Shown: positions 25,301 through 39,373 of the stretch, one piece after another
Position numbering within the stretch: the stretch's first letter is position 1
Layout of the letters: the number at the start of each line of letters is the position of its first letter
Assembly: GCA_043228905.1 (NCBI GenBank)
Contig: JBHGNT010000010.1
Coordinates: forward strand, 2,480,001-2,544,000
DNA length: 64,000 nt
Reading direction: 5' to 3'
Origin: Azolla caroliniana
Taxonomy: Eukaryota > Plantae > Polypodiophyta
Program-made: the position numbers and the translations under genes
The notes under the pieces: generated by a model
What the model saw: the letters and a program-made list of their open reading frames with translations, nothing else
The model's database searches: none
What the model was told of the DNA's origin: nothing

Positions 25301-27604
25301 CCGTTGTCTGCTCGAACCGCCTTCAGCTTTCGGCCGGTTTCTCTTTCCACTCTCGCGTGGAGCTCTTTGAAGATGGATAACACCTGATCCTTCGTCTTCA
25401 GCGGTGTGGCCCACAGCTTCCTGCTGTGGTCATCTATGAACGTCACGAAGTACTGCGCTCCGGCATGTGACTTCGTGTCTACTTGACACACATCCGTATG
25501 CACCAACTCCAGTGGTGCATTACGTCTCATCGGTGGGCTTGGTCGGAAGGAGGTTTGGTTCTGCTTACCGGCCAGACAATCAGTGCACTTCTCTAAGTGC
25601 ACGTTCTTCACTGGAATGAGGTTGTCGTTTGCAAGCCTCTTCATCCCCTTCACGCTCATATGACACAGCCTCTTGTGCCACAGCTCACCGGCAGTGTCAG
25701 ATGCCACGTTCAGTTCTTCTGGGCATAGCCGGGCATTCATCAAGTACAGTGTGTTTACCTTCCGGGCCCGAGCCACAATCAGGCTCCCTTTGCTGAACTT
25801 CATGTCGCCGTTCCGGATGCTACCTGTGTAACCCTCATCATCTAGCCGACCGGCTGATATCAGGTTCAGTCGAACCTCCGGAATGTGTCAGACATCCTTC
25901 AACAACAACTTGCACCCGGTTGGTGTTGACAGCCACACATCTCCTATGCCGACAATTCGGCATGTACCTTCATTCCCCATCCGGACACAGCCGTGGTCAC
26001 CGGCTGAGTAGGATGAGAAGCATTTCCGGTTCGGGGTAAGGTGAAACGATGCTCCGGAGTCTACCACCCAGGTCATCTCGTCGCCGGCAAGGTTTATCTC
26101 ACACTCCTCGGTGATGAGCATCAATTCTTCTTCACTTGCCGCAATTGCCGTCGTTCCCTTCCGGTCCGGCCCCCTCCAGTCTTTACCGTTCCAGTCCGGG
26201 GTTTGCTTCGAATCAGTACCGTCGGTCTCCTTATCTTTTCGGAAATGCTGACAGTTCTTTTGGAAGTGTCCCGGCTTGCCGCAATAGAAGCAAGTAGGCC
26301 TCCCCCTTGACTTTGACCGTGTCCCCGACTTTTCCCGGTTCTGGGGACTACGGTTTCTTTGTCTTCCGCGTTCCGATTCGGTAAGGAGCGCTTTGGAGTC
26401 AGAGCTCGTATCTTTATCTTTCCGACGCACCTCCTCATCTAGCAAGCTCGATTTTACTCTTGCTAGGGATAACCGCTTTCCTTCCGGCCTGGCGTTGCCC
26501 AAAGTGACAACCAACGTCTCCCAGCTATCTGGGAGGGAACCGAGCAGGAGTAGCGCTAGTACCTCGTCGGCGAGAGGTACTTCCAATGATGTTGCCTGGT
26601 GTATCAGCCCCTGGAAGGCATTTATGTGCTCCGCCATGCTAGAGCCATCTTGGTACTAGAGTCTTACTAGCTTCCGGAATACCGACACGTGATTAACAAC
26701 ATTTTTGTTTTGAAACATTATGCCGATCTTCTCCTAGAGCTCATGAGCCTTGTTCTCCTCATTGAAGTTGTTGTACAGGCTCATGTCGATGAAGCACCGT
26801 ATGTACGCCGTTGTCTTCATGTGCATCACCTCCCATATCGCGGCGTCGATTTTGTCCGGTCTCTTGTCCCCGAACTGAACCGGCAGCCAGAGGTCTTTAA
26901 CAACGAGCATGTCCCTCATCTTCGACTTCCACACTGAATAGTTGGAGCCGGTGAGCTTGAACATGCCGCCAAATGATTCGTCCATATTTCTGTGTCGTTT
27001 TGCTCTGATACCACTTGACGGAAACTCAAGGCTCACAAATGCGCAACGCTCGGCCACAACCGAGCTTAGAATGATACACAGAAAAACGAGAAATAAAACA
27101 CGACACAAAGAAGAGGAAAATACACAGGAGGTTTACGTGGAAAACCCCAAACTAGGGGAAAAACCACGGCAGCCCACAGGCTGCAAACTGTCACTATGTA
27201 AGAATGTACAAAACAGTGAGTTCACGGAGGCAACGACCTCAGACTCACGATCTTCACCACAGGTGGCGGTTACAACAGAGGCAACGACCTCGTTCTCTCT
27301 GTCTCTCTACACCTGTACACTGTTACACGCTCTCTCTTCTTGCACCAACAAGAAAATAACCACAACTAAAAGTTTGCCCTAAGTCATATTTATACTAATA
27401 TGACTTTTCGGCTATTTACAAATATAGCCTCGATGGACTCTCAGAAACATATTTACAAATATGTCTCTTCATCTGGTTCATACCGGGTCTGCACCATCCG
27501 GCTCTCCGTAGCCGGGTCCACCTCATACGGTTTCGGCCTCGACCGAGTTTGTTCATCAGCATTGTTCTTCTCCCTTCCCATCCGGAGGGACCTGTCTCCC
27601 AATA
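22353..27604 (-). mobile_element. Full-length Ty1/copia LTR retrotransposon with disrupted ORF
   Basis: 589-bp LTRs at 22353-22941 and 27016-27604 (~12 differences, all transitions); TSD GGTTT (22348-52, 27605-09); PBS TGGTATCAGAGC (tRNA-iMet) at ~27002-27013; PPT at 22942-22952. Confidence 0.97.
22952..26986 (-). pseudogene. Copia gag-pol (Gag, protease, integrase, RT, RNase H) with stops/frameshifts
   Basis: Zinc knuckle CFYCGKPGHFQKNC; protease WVVDSGAS; integrase LVHTDVC/ADNGGEY/PELNG; RT QLDVKTAFLHG, LYGLKQAPRQWY, LLYVDD; RNase H FTDSD...TTEAEY...CDSQSA...TKHI; split over several ORFs. Confidence 0.95.
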
Positions 27605-28879
27605 GGTTTGGTGGGGTGGATGTTGTAATGCACGGCATTGTGAAGGAAGGAAATCATCGATTGGAATTTTGTCAAAATGATCACTAGAGGAAAATGTGAG
27701 AAGGAGATTAAAGCAACAATAAAACATACCGTAGGGAGAAAAAGGATGAGATCAAGTGTATATTAAATAAGGACACATTTTTATCCAACTAGAGAGCTCC
27801 AGAATGCAATATGAAGACTAAGGAAGCTCATTATCGGGCTCACAAATTTTATTCATGAAAAATATCCTTCATTGGTATTAAAATTAAAGTGGCCAAAGGC
27901 AATATACAAACTAGTCCAATATTACTTACGACCGTAGCCAATCTTTCTAGGTAAAGATATCGGGCTCACAAATTTTGCGAATCATATGCCAAGGATTTGT
28001 CAATAATCGCTCCTTTGGGAGCCAAATGCCCAAGCTTCGATGGTAGATAAAATCTTGGAGTGGTAAATCATGAGGATACGTGAGAGGCCTAAAAAGACTA
28101 AGCTGACAGTCAATCATAGTCACCTCCCTATGCCAAACCTCAAGGATATTGGCCCCTAACACTTTTACAAATTTATCTTTCTTTTTTTAAATCTTCTCAC
28201 ATTGTGTAAACAAGCTTTCCAAACTATGTAATCTTGATAATTCAGATCTTATTGCCGGATTATTCTCTCCCCAGAAGAGATGAAGACCTCTGCCCCATCA
28301 GGTTGACCAATTATTGCTTAATATTGACCTCTTAGAGTATCCAAAAGCATCAACCATGTCTCCTTGACTAACTCAACCACATTATGTTTGACTTTCTAAA
28401 ATACATATTTACATCTTGCCTTCCACAATACCTTACTTGATCTTGTTTTATGAAATAAGCACCAAGGGAGAAATGAAACTATGAATTTCCTCAACCGTAG
28501 TCAAGTTGATTCCATCAACACCATGTGTAAGACATCTTGGAATGGCTCTCAGTGAGTGAAACTTTCGTTTCCTCACTTCTGTAAGCCTAATAGACCACTC
28601 ATCAGTCACGAACCTGTGGAGGCTCTCATGTATTTATATGCGACACAATAAACACATGTCACTAAACTCGTTGCAAACCACATAGGTAATAACGTCGCAC
28701 AATGAAAATATGAAAGCAATGTTGATTGTGAACATGTTTGCATGAGGTTTAGCTCACTAATGCCCCTTTTTGTTGTAGTGCTCATTGGCTGGCCCTTAAT
28801 ATCAAGAAAGTGCCCAACCATCATGGCCTCAAATTAATTGATTGTGTGGAGTTTGGACTTATCCACATGATAGGACACT

Positions 28880-29800
28880 AGTCATCATGTGAACTTGTCA
28901 ACTAAAGCAATTATGTGGACTTGTCAACATGAATGTTCACTGATAGAGGTTCCTTTGTGAGAAGCACCTTGAGAACTCAATAAAATACCCATGGTCCATG
29001 AGCACTTATTTAGACAAGAGTTATCATGTGGACTTGTCAACACGAAGGTTCACCTAGAGATGTTCCTTCTTGAGAAGCACCATGAAAACTCAATAAAATA
29101 CCCATGGGCCATGAACAATAATGAGGAAGCGTGTTCCATCAAATCAACAAGTTTTGAAGACCAACAAAAGGCATGAAAGAAACCATAATAATCCACCCAT
29201 GAGAAGAATCCAATTGTGTGACGTGATTATATGATGCAACACAATGCGTTCATGATGAAGTGGCAATAGCCTATGAGCAAAAAGGTTTCCCCAAGATAGA
29301 TCATGATCCTCTTTGGGTAAACTTGATGGACGAATATGAAGAACATACATATCTATGTGTTCTAGTCAACTCTTATGGTATTGCATGCATTCTCTTGTAT
29401 GTTGGTGACCAAGTAATCATTGGAGAACACATGCTCAATATCAAGAAAGTGAAGTCTCTAAGTGCCATCAAAGCTCAAAATCAAGATGATGGAGCTCACT
29501 ACTTCATTGGGCTTGCAGAATCTTGTTCTCCCAATGCCACTATATCTTGAACTTCTTGTTTGACTAACGTGGTGAATGATTGGCCGACCATAAACCCATT
29601 TGATAATAACTCGAGAATGAAAGCCAACTCTAGCTCTATTATATGTGATGCAAAGCAATATAGGAAAATAATCAGAAACCTTATCTACATAATGACCATT
29701 TTCCCAAACCTCGTGACATGATTGTCCTGCTTAGCCAATTCATGTAGCACCAAGTTACATGACAAGCACTTGGAATGTGTTCTCATGATGTGGTATTTGA
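28880..29800 (+). mobile_element. Degenerate copia RT remnant with ~112-bp direct repeat
   Basis: ILLYVGDQVIIG (degenerate LYVDD); repeat tgtggacttgtcaaca...aataaaatacccatgg at ~28915 and ~29027. Confidence 0.45.
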
Positions 29801-32069
29801 GTTCAAAGGAGAAAAGTGCCAAAAAGTCAAGCTTAATTTAGGTCAAATTCTCTGTCAAAGTTTTCACTTGAAGAAAAGGCCAAGAAGAGAATTTAAATAA
29901 CATGAAAGCATAGCTCTAGAGAAACATGGTCAAGAGTTGAATACTCAATTTTAAAGCCACAAGAAATAGGAAAAGTGATGATAATGAAGCATGTAGTAAA
30001 TAAGAATACATCAACATACATTTTGTCAAAACCCAAGCACATAAACAAGGATAAGGACAAGTACAGGCTCAAAGGAAAAGTTGATATGCAATACTATTTT
30101 GATTTGTCACGAGGGCTCTTAAAAGTTATTAATGAGCGAGGACGCTCATTGTCAAGTTTGCTAGTTCTGTGATTTGAATGCCCAAGATTCAACGAAAATA
30201 AGAATCATGAGGGCATGTAGGTGGCCTACAGTGACCAAGATAACATTTTCATCAATCATAGACTTGTCATGTTCCTAAAACCCAAGGGTATATTCTCACA
30301 GTGTAAAACCATGTTAAATATTACAAAAAACAATAAGATGTGCAAACATATGTTTAACACACAATACACAAATGAGAAAATATAGACAAATATACTATTA
30401 TCGAAGTGTTAACTCATAATTACAACATACAGTTTGATATTATGGGAGCTCTAGACTATGTGCTCCTAAGATAACATTCATAAATACATCTGAATGTGAG
30501 AAAAGAAAATTAACCTTAGAATGTACTATAAGGTTTGTTGAGTTATATCAATTTGTGAGACCCAACAATTAACTCGTCTACCATATGCAATGCACCTCCA
30601 ATTACATAATTGCATGTGTGAGGGTAGCCAATGCGTGTTTTGTGGCGAATGCCCATGTTGTGGTGATTCCACCCAGAAGGTAATGAGCTACTCCCAGAAC
30701 ACGTCCCTGTATGATACTCAGAGCTCTGGGCTGAGTAACGGGAGCAACTTTCAATTTATCATGAGCCCAAACAATAGATTCAATCAGTTCTTGCCAGTGC
30801 TTCCTATTAAATTCTATCTTTTATAATAAGTATTCATATTTGATGATAGTGTGTTGATTGCAGAGGTTGGATACCAAGGTAGAACACTCACAGGGCATCC
30901 TACTCTTGATAACTCCATCCCTTCTAAGTTATGTAAAGAAAGAAAGATATATTAACGTCTTCTAAGACCAAAATTGGCCCATGAGACAATTGGTTTACAA
31001 CAAAATCGGGTGTTTACCCAATCATCGAAAATAAAAATAAAAACAAAATAGAACTTAATCTAAAACAGTTCTAGCATTGTACATAATGTTGACGTGTTGT
31101 TCCGCTTTCGCGTAGGAAATAAAGTGGGACCACGGGGGCCCTGAACCGAGGAGTAAGAGAAAAAAGTAGGCGGGGTGGGAGAAGAGTGCACGAGTAGGGC
31201 TGGTTAGGCCCGCTTACAACCGACAACGCTTGCCGGCTGAATGAATCACTAATGCGTGTATCAACTGAACAAGATGCACGCTCACGTAAAGGGAGACTCA
31301 TAGAAACACAAAGAGAGGGAAACAAGAGGTTCGATTCCAATATCAGTAAAGGTTATAGTGTTTGCGAGATTACAACCGGATAGTCGGCGACAGACCAAAC
31401 CCAGACAATCACACCCATGCACACACAGTAGAGCCTCTACCGGAAGCACACGGGTTTTCCTCGAAGCAGAGGCAACTGACTTAGAAAACTTGCAGAAAAC
31501 AACGATAGAGGAGGAGAGGGCTCGGTTCCCAGTCCGACAACACCTCGTCCTTGCGAAAAACACCCCCCCTCTTCAGCCTTCTCCCCTTCGTTTTATAGCC
31601 CGCCGGGGAGGGACCGTTACATCCTGTCACATCTCTTTTATTCTCTATCCCTTTGGATAGAGATCCGCTTCGATTTACTAACCTATTAATATATTCTTCC
31701 TAGGATATACACAGTACACCGGCCTATTCCGGGTTATGTAGAGAGTGTCGGTTTGAGTGCACACGCGTAAGTGCCGTTTCACGCGCCTAATTCCTTGATT
31801 CCACCTAAGGCCGGTTTTCTCCACGACATCCACCCCCACCAAACCGCGCATCCACCGGCATGCGCCAGAGAGGGACAAATGCTAGAGAAACCCAGCTCGT
31901 ATTCACCAGTCGCTCTCCGGAACTTCACCCGCTCCGAACCGGTTGTCATCGTCGTCCTCGCTTCCCAGGTCCGGGTTGTCTTCATGCCGCTTCTTGAAGG
32001 CCCTGATCCTCTTCCTGGTTACTGGCACCGCTATCCGCGTCCTGTCGAGCTTCGCAAGATGGTAAGTAC

Positions 32070-32338
32070 CCTAGTATGAACCATACGCACCATACGCGCA
32101 TTCGCATTCGCGAATGGTTCAATCATTCGCGAAAGAATGATAAATACCATACTTTTGGATTAACTATTTATTATGAGGTAGATAAGCCTAAAAATGAAAA
32201 AAAAAACAAAAAAAAACATTAAAAAAATGGGAAAAATACAAAAAAAAAACACTAGAATGTTTGGATAACATTCGCATTCGTTTTCCAACGTAGGAAAACG
32301 AATGATATATTAGATGAACACGAATTTTATGTACTATG
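32070..32338. mobile_element. hAT-type MITE inside the gypsy integrase C-terminus
   Basis: 8-bp TSD GTAAGTAC (32062-69, 32339-46); termini CCTAGTAT...GTACTATG; removing it restores NDNGTYHLAKLD. Confidence 0.85.
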
Positions 32339-34577
32339 GTAAGTACCGTTGTCGTTTGCGCTCGTTATGGTGTAGGGCCCGAACCACCTCCTCACAAACT
32401 TCTGCGTCGCCTTGTGCTGGTTGTCGAGGCTGCTGTTGTATACCAGCACCCAATCGCCTTCCTCGATCTTCTTCGGTTATAGCCGATGCGTCTGGTCGAA
32501 CCGGCCCTTGTTCTTTACCCTTTCCGCATACAGCTTTGCCCTCGCCCGCTCCACGTCCTCCGGTCTTCGTTCGAGTTGCTGAATCCGTGCCGCTAATAAC
32601 TCTTCCCGACTCATCTCGTCTGTCCAGTCCACCATGGCCCATGAGGAGATTGTGTGTTCAATCGACATGATCGGCTTCTGCCCATACATCAGCTCCGCCG
32701 ATATTAACCCGATTACCGAACTATGCGTAGTTCGGTCTGCCCATAACGCGTAAGGCAGAAGCCACGGCTAGTTCCCGACTTGTCCTCCGCATGGCCGCAC
32801 CAACGCTTCTACTACCCGCGCTCTACCTTCCCGTTAGCCTCCGGGTTGTATGCCGTAGTGAGGGAAAGCTTAACCCCTAGTCGTCCAAACAACTCTTCTA
32901 TTTCCTGCGCATCCAACTCTCCCCGGTCAGCCACGATCTTCCCTACACACCCATACCGGCATACCACCTCTTTGATCAGGAACCGACACACAATTGCAGT
33001 CGTCTTGTTCAACAATGCAAGACCCTCCACCTGGTTCATCAAGTCCTCTCGCGCAAGCACCAGGTACCACATTTGTCCTACCCCCATCGACATCGTCACT
33101 AAGTCCACCATCCACTTGAAGTGGATAGTCGACGGGTAGGTCGGGTGCATCTCGTCTCGATGTCGGATTGCGGAATGCATTTGGTAGCTCTTGCACATTG
33201 TTACGAACTGGTGCATGTCCTGGTACAACCCCATCCACCAATACTTCTCCTTCAGCTTCTCGAACGTGCCCCATGTCCCGCGATGTCCGGCCCAGGGACT
33301 CTCTTGGTACGCCGCTAGCAACCCCTTTCGCTCTGCCTTTCCTGCCACTACGTGGAGTGGGACGCTGCCTCGCTTCTTCGGGTGCCTCCATATGCTCTCG
33401 TCCCGCAAGAAGAAACGGTACGCCTTCTTCCGCATCCAGCTAGCCTCTTCCCTTGTCCATGCCACATTAAGCACCATTGTTTTCTGGAACTTGCCGATCT
33501 GGAGCTACTCCCCCTCGTTGAACTTGTTAAGCGCCGGAATGCTCCCTGCCCTTGTCATCACGTAAGCCGACTCGAAGAAGTCTACGCCGACTTCTTCGTC
33601 CTCCGAAACCATGCCGTCCTAGTCGTCGAACCGTGCTTTAGAAAGCATGGCGGCCATGGCTTTGTCTTTACCGGAGATGTGCAGTATTTCCAGGTTCAAA
33701 GACTTAATGTATGCGATCCACCTGAGCATTGCCAGGTCCGGAGTCGCTTATCCGGAAACCACACCAAGGATCGGTAGACAGTCTGTCTCAATTATCACCT
33801 CCGTCCCGATCAAGTAGTCTTTATCGGCCTTGACTGCCGAAACGATAGCCTAGAGTTCGCATTTAACTTAGGCGTATCCTTGTTGCCGTAAGGCCCGTAC
33901 AAGTGCCTGACCACTAGGATCTCCGATTGCCCAAAAGCCGATTTCTCTCCGGAGAAGGTGAGCTGCGCATTCTCAAGTCTTTGAAGCACCTTCTCGCAAT
34001 CGCCGATATGGTCCACTACGAATCTTCAGCATCCGTTCGGCCCAACCGATTCATCCTTCTCTTCCACCGGGCACCTTTTTATCGGGATGTCGTCCAAGAA
34101 CGGCATGGTGATCCCCGGGATGGAATCCCTCAACACCTTATTCATTGCGTTCACCATGTGCGCCACCGAGTTGGTCCCTCCTTGCGGCAGGGTACACATC
34201 CGTACTAGCCCGAAAGGAGTCCACATCGTCGTAATATCCCTGCTCTCCACGGCTAGTTGAAACTGATTGTACCTCGAGTACAGATCACCGACTGAGTAAA
34301 TCGACCTTCCGGTGAAGGCCTTCGTGAACTCGTCAAGGGTCGGTCCAATTCCTGCGTTCCGAATGGTCACTTTATTGACCGGTTGCAGGTCTTGAATGAA
34401 GCGCAATGTGTCGTTCATTCAAGACGATTCCGGTACTGAGAGCTGACATCCCGAAGTTGATGGAGCTGCTGAAGTAGAAGGTGGAGATGGGCATCCTCGA
34501 GCCGTCGAGTGCCCCGTATTCCAATCGGTGGTTTACCGTTCCACGCCTTCATAGCCCTCTCTAAAAATCCCCTCGGT

Positions 34578-35103
34578 TGTCGTCGCCGAGGGTCTCGCGG
34601 TTACGCTTGTTAACTGTTTCTGGGAAAACACCTTCGATGAGCCCACAGGCTATCGGTATCAAGGGATCATGTTACATGGAAGCATCTTCTCCATTGAGAA
34701 GACGATAGGAGAACGAGGAGCGTACACGGGCTACAACCCGTTAGGCATAAATGTAGCTCGACGAGTACGGGGAGAATACACAGATAACAGAATAGTAAGA
34801 TCGAAACTTATATTAAATGATAAAGCTCATAGTGATTACAGTACACAGCTCTCGGCCGGACACAGTTCGTGGAGAGCTCAGTGCTACGATATTAATCTCG
34901 CTAAAAATGATCTAGATATTCCCCCCATTGAGGTATGCCGATCTCGGTTTATATAGTTTTCCTCTTTAGACAAAGCCGAGCCATCGGTTGATTGTGAGGG
35001 CTAAAAAACTCGACTATATCTAGTTCTACCTATTTCCTCACCTACTATTCTACCTACCAACGATTTTACATAATGTATTTATATTTCTGGCCTATGGACA
35101 ACA
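34578..35103 (-). mobile_element. Probable solo LTR inserted after the gypsy protease
   Basis: Termini TGTCGTC...GACAACA; AT-richer non-coding block with a minus-strand TATA interrupting the coding frame; no matching TSD seen. Confidence 0.6.
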
Positions 35104-38100
35104 CCACTCATGGTTCGGTCGCACTGTCCGGAATTGGATGGAGTGTCGCCCATCTTGGCTTTTCACGCGTGCGTACGCCGAACTGTTATCCAACACCTTT
35201 GTCTCCATGCGTGCTGCCGTAATGTACGGTTCGCCGAGTATCACCGGGTGCGAGGACGTCTCCTGCACGAAGAAGTGCTGATCAATCTCGACATCGCCGA
35301 TTTTCACACGCACATTCGGGCAAACCCCATGTAGCTCCTCTGTGGCACGTATCTTCCACTCGTGCTTGGTGTTGATCGACCGCTTCCCTTTCTTATAGAA
35401 GTCCATAGACATCAGGTTGATCTCCAACTCATGGTCGATCAACGACACTACCGGCTCCTAGACGTCCCTGACCCGAACGAGGGTTTCTGTAGTAGCCCTT
35501 GCCCAGTGCAACTTCGAATAGTGGCTCTCCGCCAACTCGTCTTCTAGGGCCATGTCCTCCAAGTGCGTCATTCGCACCTCCACCGGCCTCTCCGGCTCCG
35601 GCTCCGTCGAGAGCCGTTTACGCTTCACTAAGTCCATGATGGAATCGTGGAACTCCTTCTTGGCGATCCCAAGCACCTCCCTCAGTGACAACTCCACCTT
35701 GCTATCGAGAATCCACTCCTTGAGGACCTTCCGCAGGTCCATCGTCCTTTCGATTTCGGTGCCCAGCCGGTAGACGGTCAACCTTGCTTTGTCTGCCATG
35801 CCGGGATTGCCGGCTTCAATCCTCTTCAGCCTGAACCGGGTCTCGTACCGATTCGGGGCCGCGGTCCCACGGGCCTTCCTTGTCCTCTTATCATCCACAA
35901 GAACTTCGTAGTTCTGGCACGCGGCTTCTACGAAATTGGTCTTCTCCTCGACTGGGTCGTCCCATCCGGTAACCTCCTGGATCCGCTTCTCCGCGCGGTC
36001 GGCTTCCTCCTTCCTCAGTCTTACTCCATGGAGGCCTTCTAGCACCAACGGCCAAAACTCGGAGTCCCTCGTCTTTCGACCCTCGTCGCTCCCGACCCGG
36101 ATTTCGGCCGACGCCGAATAATGGACGGCCTCTGCATGGTGCGCCATTGCTTCTTCCATCAACCTCTTCATTCTGCCGCGCCCGAAAATCGTCTCTAGGG
36201 GTCTCCGGGTATCACCGGTGTGCACCTGCCCGTTCCACAGGTATACCACATTGCTTTTAAGCACGTCTGCAAAATCTGCGCATTCTTTCCGGGTGTGGTC
36301 GATCGCGTTGCACCACATGCACCGCTGCCCAGCCGGAGGCTTCCGGTCGCGGGACTGTTCGACGCTGTCTCTCCAGGCCTACGCGATTTGGAGATTGCGC
36401 ACCATCTGCATCAGCTCTTCTAGAGCCGCTCCCCCAGATGGGCCCTTGACCACACCGGTCGAGGTTGAGCCCGCCTCGAGCCAATCCCGGGTTTCCTCCT
36501 CGAACTTCCTTGTCGAAACGGGTCTTGCTGCTGACGAACCTTCGTTGCCCCACTCACGCCGCTTGTCAAAACGGCTGCAGAGTCTTTTGACCATGGCCCA
36601 GTCGGCCGTCAATCATCTGTCATCAGCAGGAGACCCACTTGATCCCGATCCCGCACATCCACCGCTTTGACGAACAACAGGACACGACTTGTGTCAAGCA
36701 CGGTCTTGTCCAGTGCCAAGAGCCGTGCGAAGCGTTCCTCGAACTCTTGGAGGAGCGCTGACGTGTTCCTCCCCTTTTCGGGTGTCTCCACCCACTCCAT
36801 GAAGTCCCGCTTTGATAACCGAAGTGCGTCATCAAGCCCGTACCTTTCGAGGAGCCGTACTTCGAATTCTCCCTAGGTCCGGCATCTAGCCTGTAACTCG
36901 AGCACCTCTACGTGGATGCCTGGTGTCGCAACCCGAGGGAACCCGACTATCATCACCATCTCGGCTCGGTAGGCCTCCAAATAGCTCGTGGTGTCCTTCC
37001 CACCGAACCGGCCTATTGTGCCAACAATTGCTTCAACAGCCCTGTCGAGGGCACCCGTGCCCTTGCGAGCACTTACTATCCGATCGACTGCTGCCGCCAT
37101 GGCTTCGGCGAGCTCTGATCCCCTCATCTTCGACTCCTCTACCGCCTTGTTTCACTTCGGGTTCACCAAAGTATGTCATGTTGTTCTGCTTTCGCATAGG
37201 AAATAAGGCGGGATTGCGGGGGGCTTGAACCGAGGGCCTGAACCCCCCCTCTTCAGCCTTCTCCCCTTCCTTTTATAGCCCGCCGGGGAGGGACCGTTAC
37301 ATCCTGTCACATCACTTTTATTCTCTATCCCTTTGGATAGAGATTTGCTTTGATTTACTAACCTATTAATATATTCTTCCTAGGATATACACAGTACACT
37401 GGCCTATTCCGGGTTATGTGGAGAGTGTCGGTTTGAGTGCACACGCATAAGTGCCGTTTCACGTGCCTAATTCCTTGATTCCACCTAAGGCCGGTTTTCT
37501 CCACGACAACGTGTTATGGTGTAAATATTCAAGTCTCTCGAAAAGGAGTGGGAGATCAAACGGTTTTGATATGGGTGTGGCCCATGGTCCCAATGTAAAA
37601 GGTACCCCAACCATAGCTTCTAGGTGGTGTAACTCATGTTCCCTTATATTCTTTATTGCTTCTACACCACGAGTTGCTTTGAGGCCCGACATCTGAGGGC
37701 GTTTGGATGTTTTTTGGTTTTCTGCATTAGCAAGGGAGAGGCCGAGTGGTGCAAGTGTGTCCACATTCATCGTCTTCCCCTGTCCCTGAAAATTTTCATT
37801 GGTTACATGTTGGTGAATATTAGAAAGGTTATTGTTAACATTTTGTAGCTTATTCTCTCTATGTTGTCTTAGCTCTAAGATATATCTACCTAGTTTCTCT
37901 ATATCTTGAGTATCTAATAGTTTGGAGAGGGTGGGAAAGGGTCCAAGTATGTCTTGATATTTTGCCCTTATCTCGGCGTAAGTTGGACACTTGCGTGTAA
38001 AATGATACTCATCCTCTATCTCTATGTGACATAATCTACATATCCTTTCATCTCTATCCAAGACTCCATTACTATGACCATTCTCAATCTCGAGTTGGTG

Positions 38101-39373
38101 AGATGATATTCCAAGTTATCCAATAGCAACCCTTAGTGCATTTGGTAAGAATGTATCTAGATATTTTGGCTGTGTAATAAAACCTAACTCAAAGAAGTGC
38201 ATGAAGTGTTCCTTATAGTACATTGTTTATAGGAGTGGCTCTAATGGGTTGATCCATTTATATCGAATGTAAATTTTCCATATTTCGTGGCGTATTACTT
38301 TATTACGGTGCTTATGAGGGATTAAAGTTTTAACAGTCTCGTGGTTGTACCTAAGGGGAGGTAGGTTATTAATGACTAGGCCGTTTGCAAGAAGCCAACT
38401 CACCACAATGCTATACCAAGAGGTAGTATCTTTGGACTCATAGAGTGATCGAGATGCCTCAAAAGCTTGGCGATATATCCTATCTTGTGGTTGGCTATGT
38501 ATCCTATGAATAAAAACTGAAATTTGGAAAAGTGCTTCTATTAACATCCGAGGGTAAAGTGAATTCTATTCTAATAATGTCATGTGACAGTTTCGATTTG
38601 CTTTGGAGTTGATGTGATAACATCGTCACCAATAGTCTCTCTAGTTGTGTCCTCATGAAAGGTGGTAGCCCTAGAGCCCAAACCACATAAGGGAAGGGGT
38701 CATTAATGAGTGGAAGAGCCATCCCTTAGTCAGTGGCTCGTGAAAGTATGCATGGTGGCATTGTTTCTTTAACAGTGAGAGGGATGTATATCCACTCATT
38801 AGTGTTGAGAGATTAAGCTCAACTTAGTTTAGTTAGTTAGTCAACCATGTAACTTCGTATTTACCTATATAGAATCTAGTTAGGAGTGTTGACTATAACG
38901 CCGTAAATAGGACCTTGTACTTAAGTGGGATAATCTAGATCCTCCACTCCCAAGTACATTTAATATAGGACTTACACTTTTGTACCTATATTATCCTCAC
39001 ACATGTGCACCGTTGCACATGAGACCTATATATACCTCATTGTAGGTATTTTTGTATTTGATGATGTTTTATAATATACACTCTAGTTTATCAACCCCCA
39101 TCTTGTCTTTGAGATCATAAGTGTAACTTCCTCTCTCTCTTCCTCTCACACACATACACACACATATCACTTGATCTTTCGCTTAACTTAATCACATAAA
39201 TTAGGTACTAATTAACCCTTGCTTAATTACCTAATTATTAACATGGTATAAGAGTGTGTGTGTGGTTTAGAAAATCCACTGAGCCCACCCGATTCCGTGA
39301 TTGTGTGTTCAAGACGCCAACGACAAAATTTGGCTATCGGCTACCATAGTGCCGCTACGTAGCACGTGTACAT

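Larger units (their letters stand above)
31090..37508 (-). mobile_element. Ty3/gypsy LTR retrotransposon, no chromodomain seen, rearranged
   Basis: LTRs at 31090-31828 and 37174-37508 (the latter with a ~400-bp internal deletion), ending CACGACA; flanks ATGT/ACGT; PBS ttcacttcgggttcacca (37151-68) matches the 3' end of plant tRNA-Trp; Gag CMWCNAIDHTRKEC; protease LIDH..EIN; RT LPQGGTNS/FLDD; integrase GHRG...AYNPEANGKVER. Confidence 0.93.

Noticed and set aside
23229-26659. Plus-strand ORFs over the copia
   Set aside because: Antisense shadows of the GC-rich gag-pol
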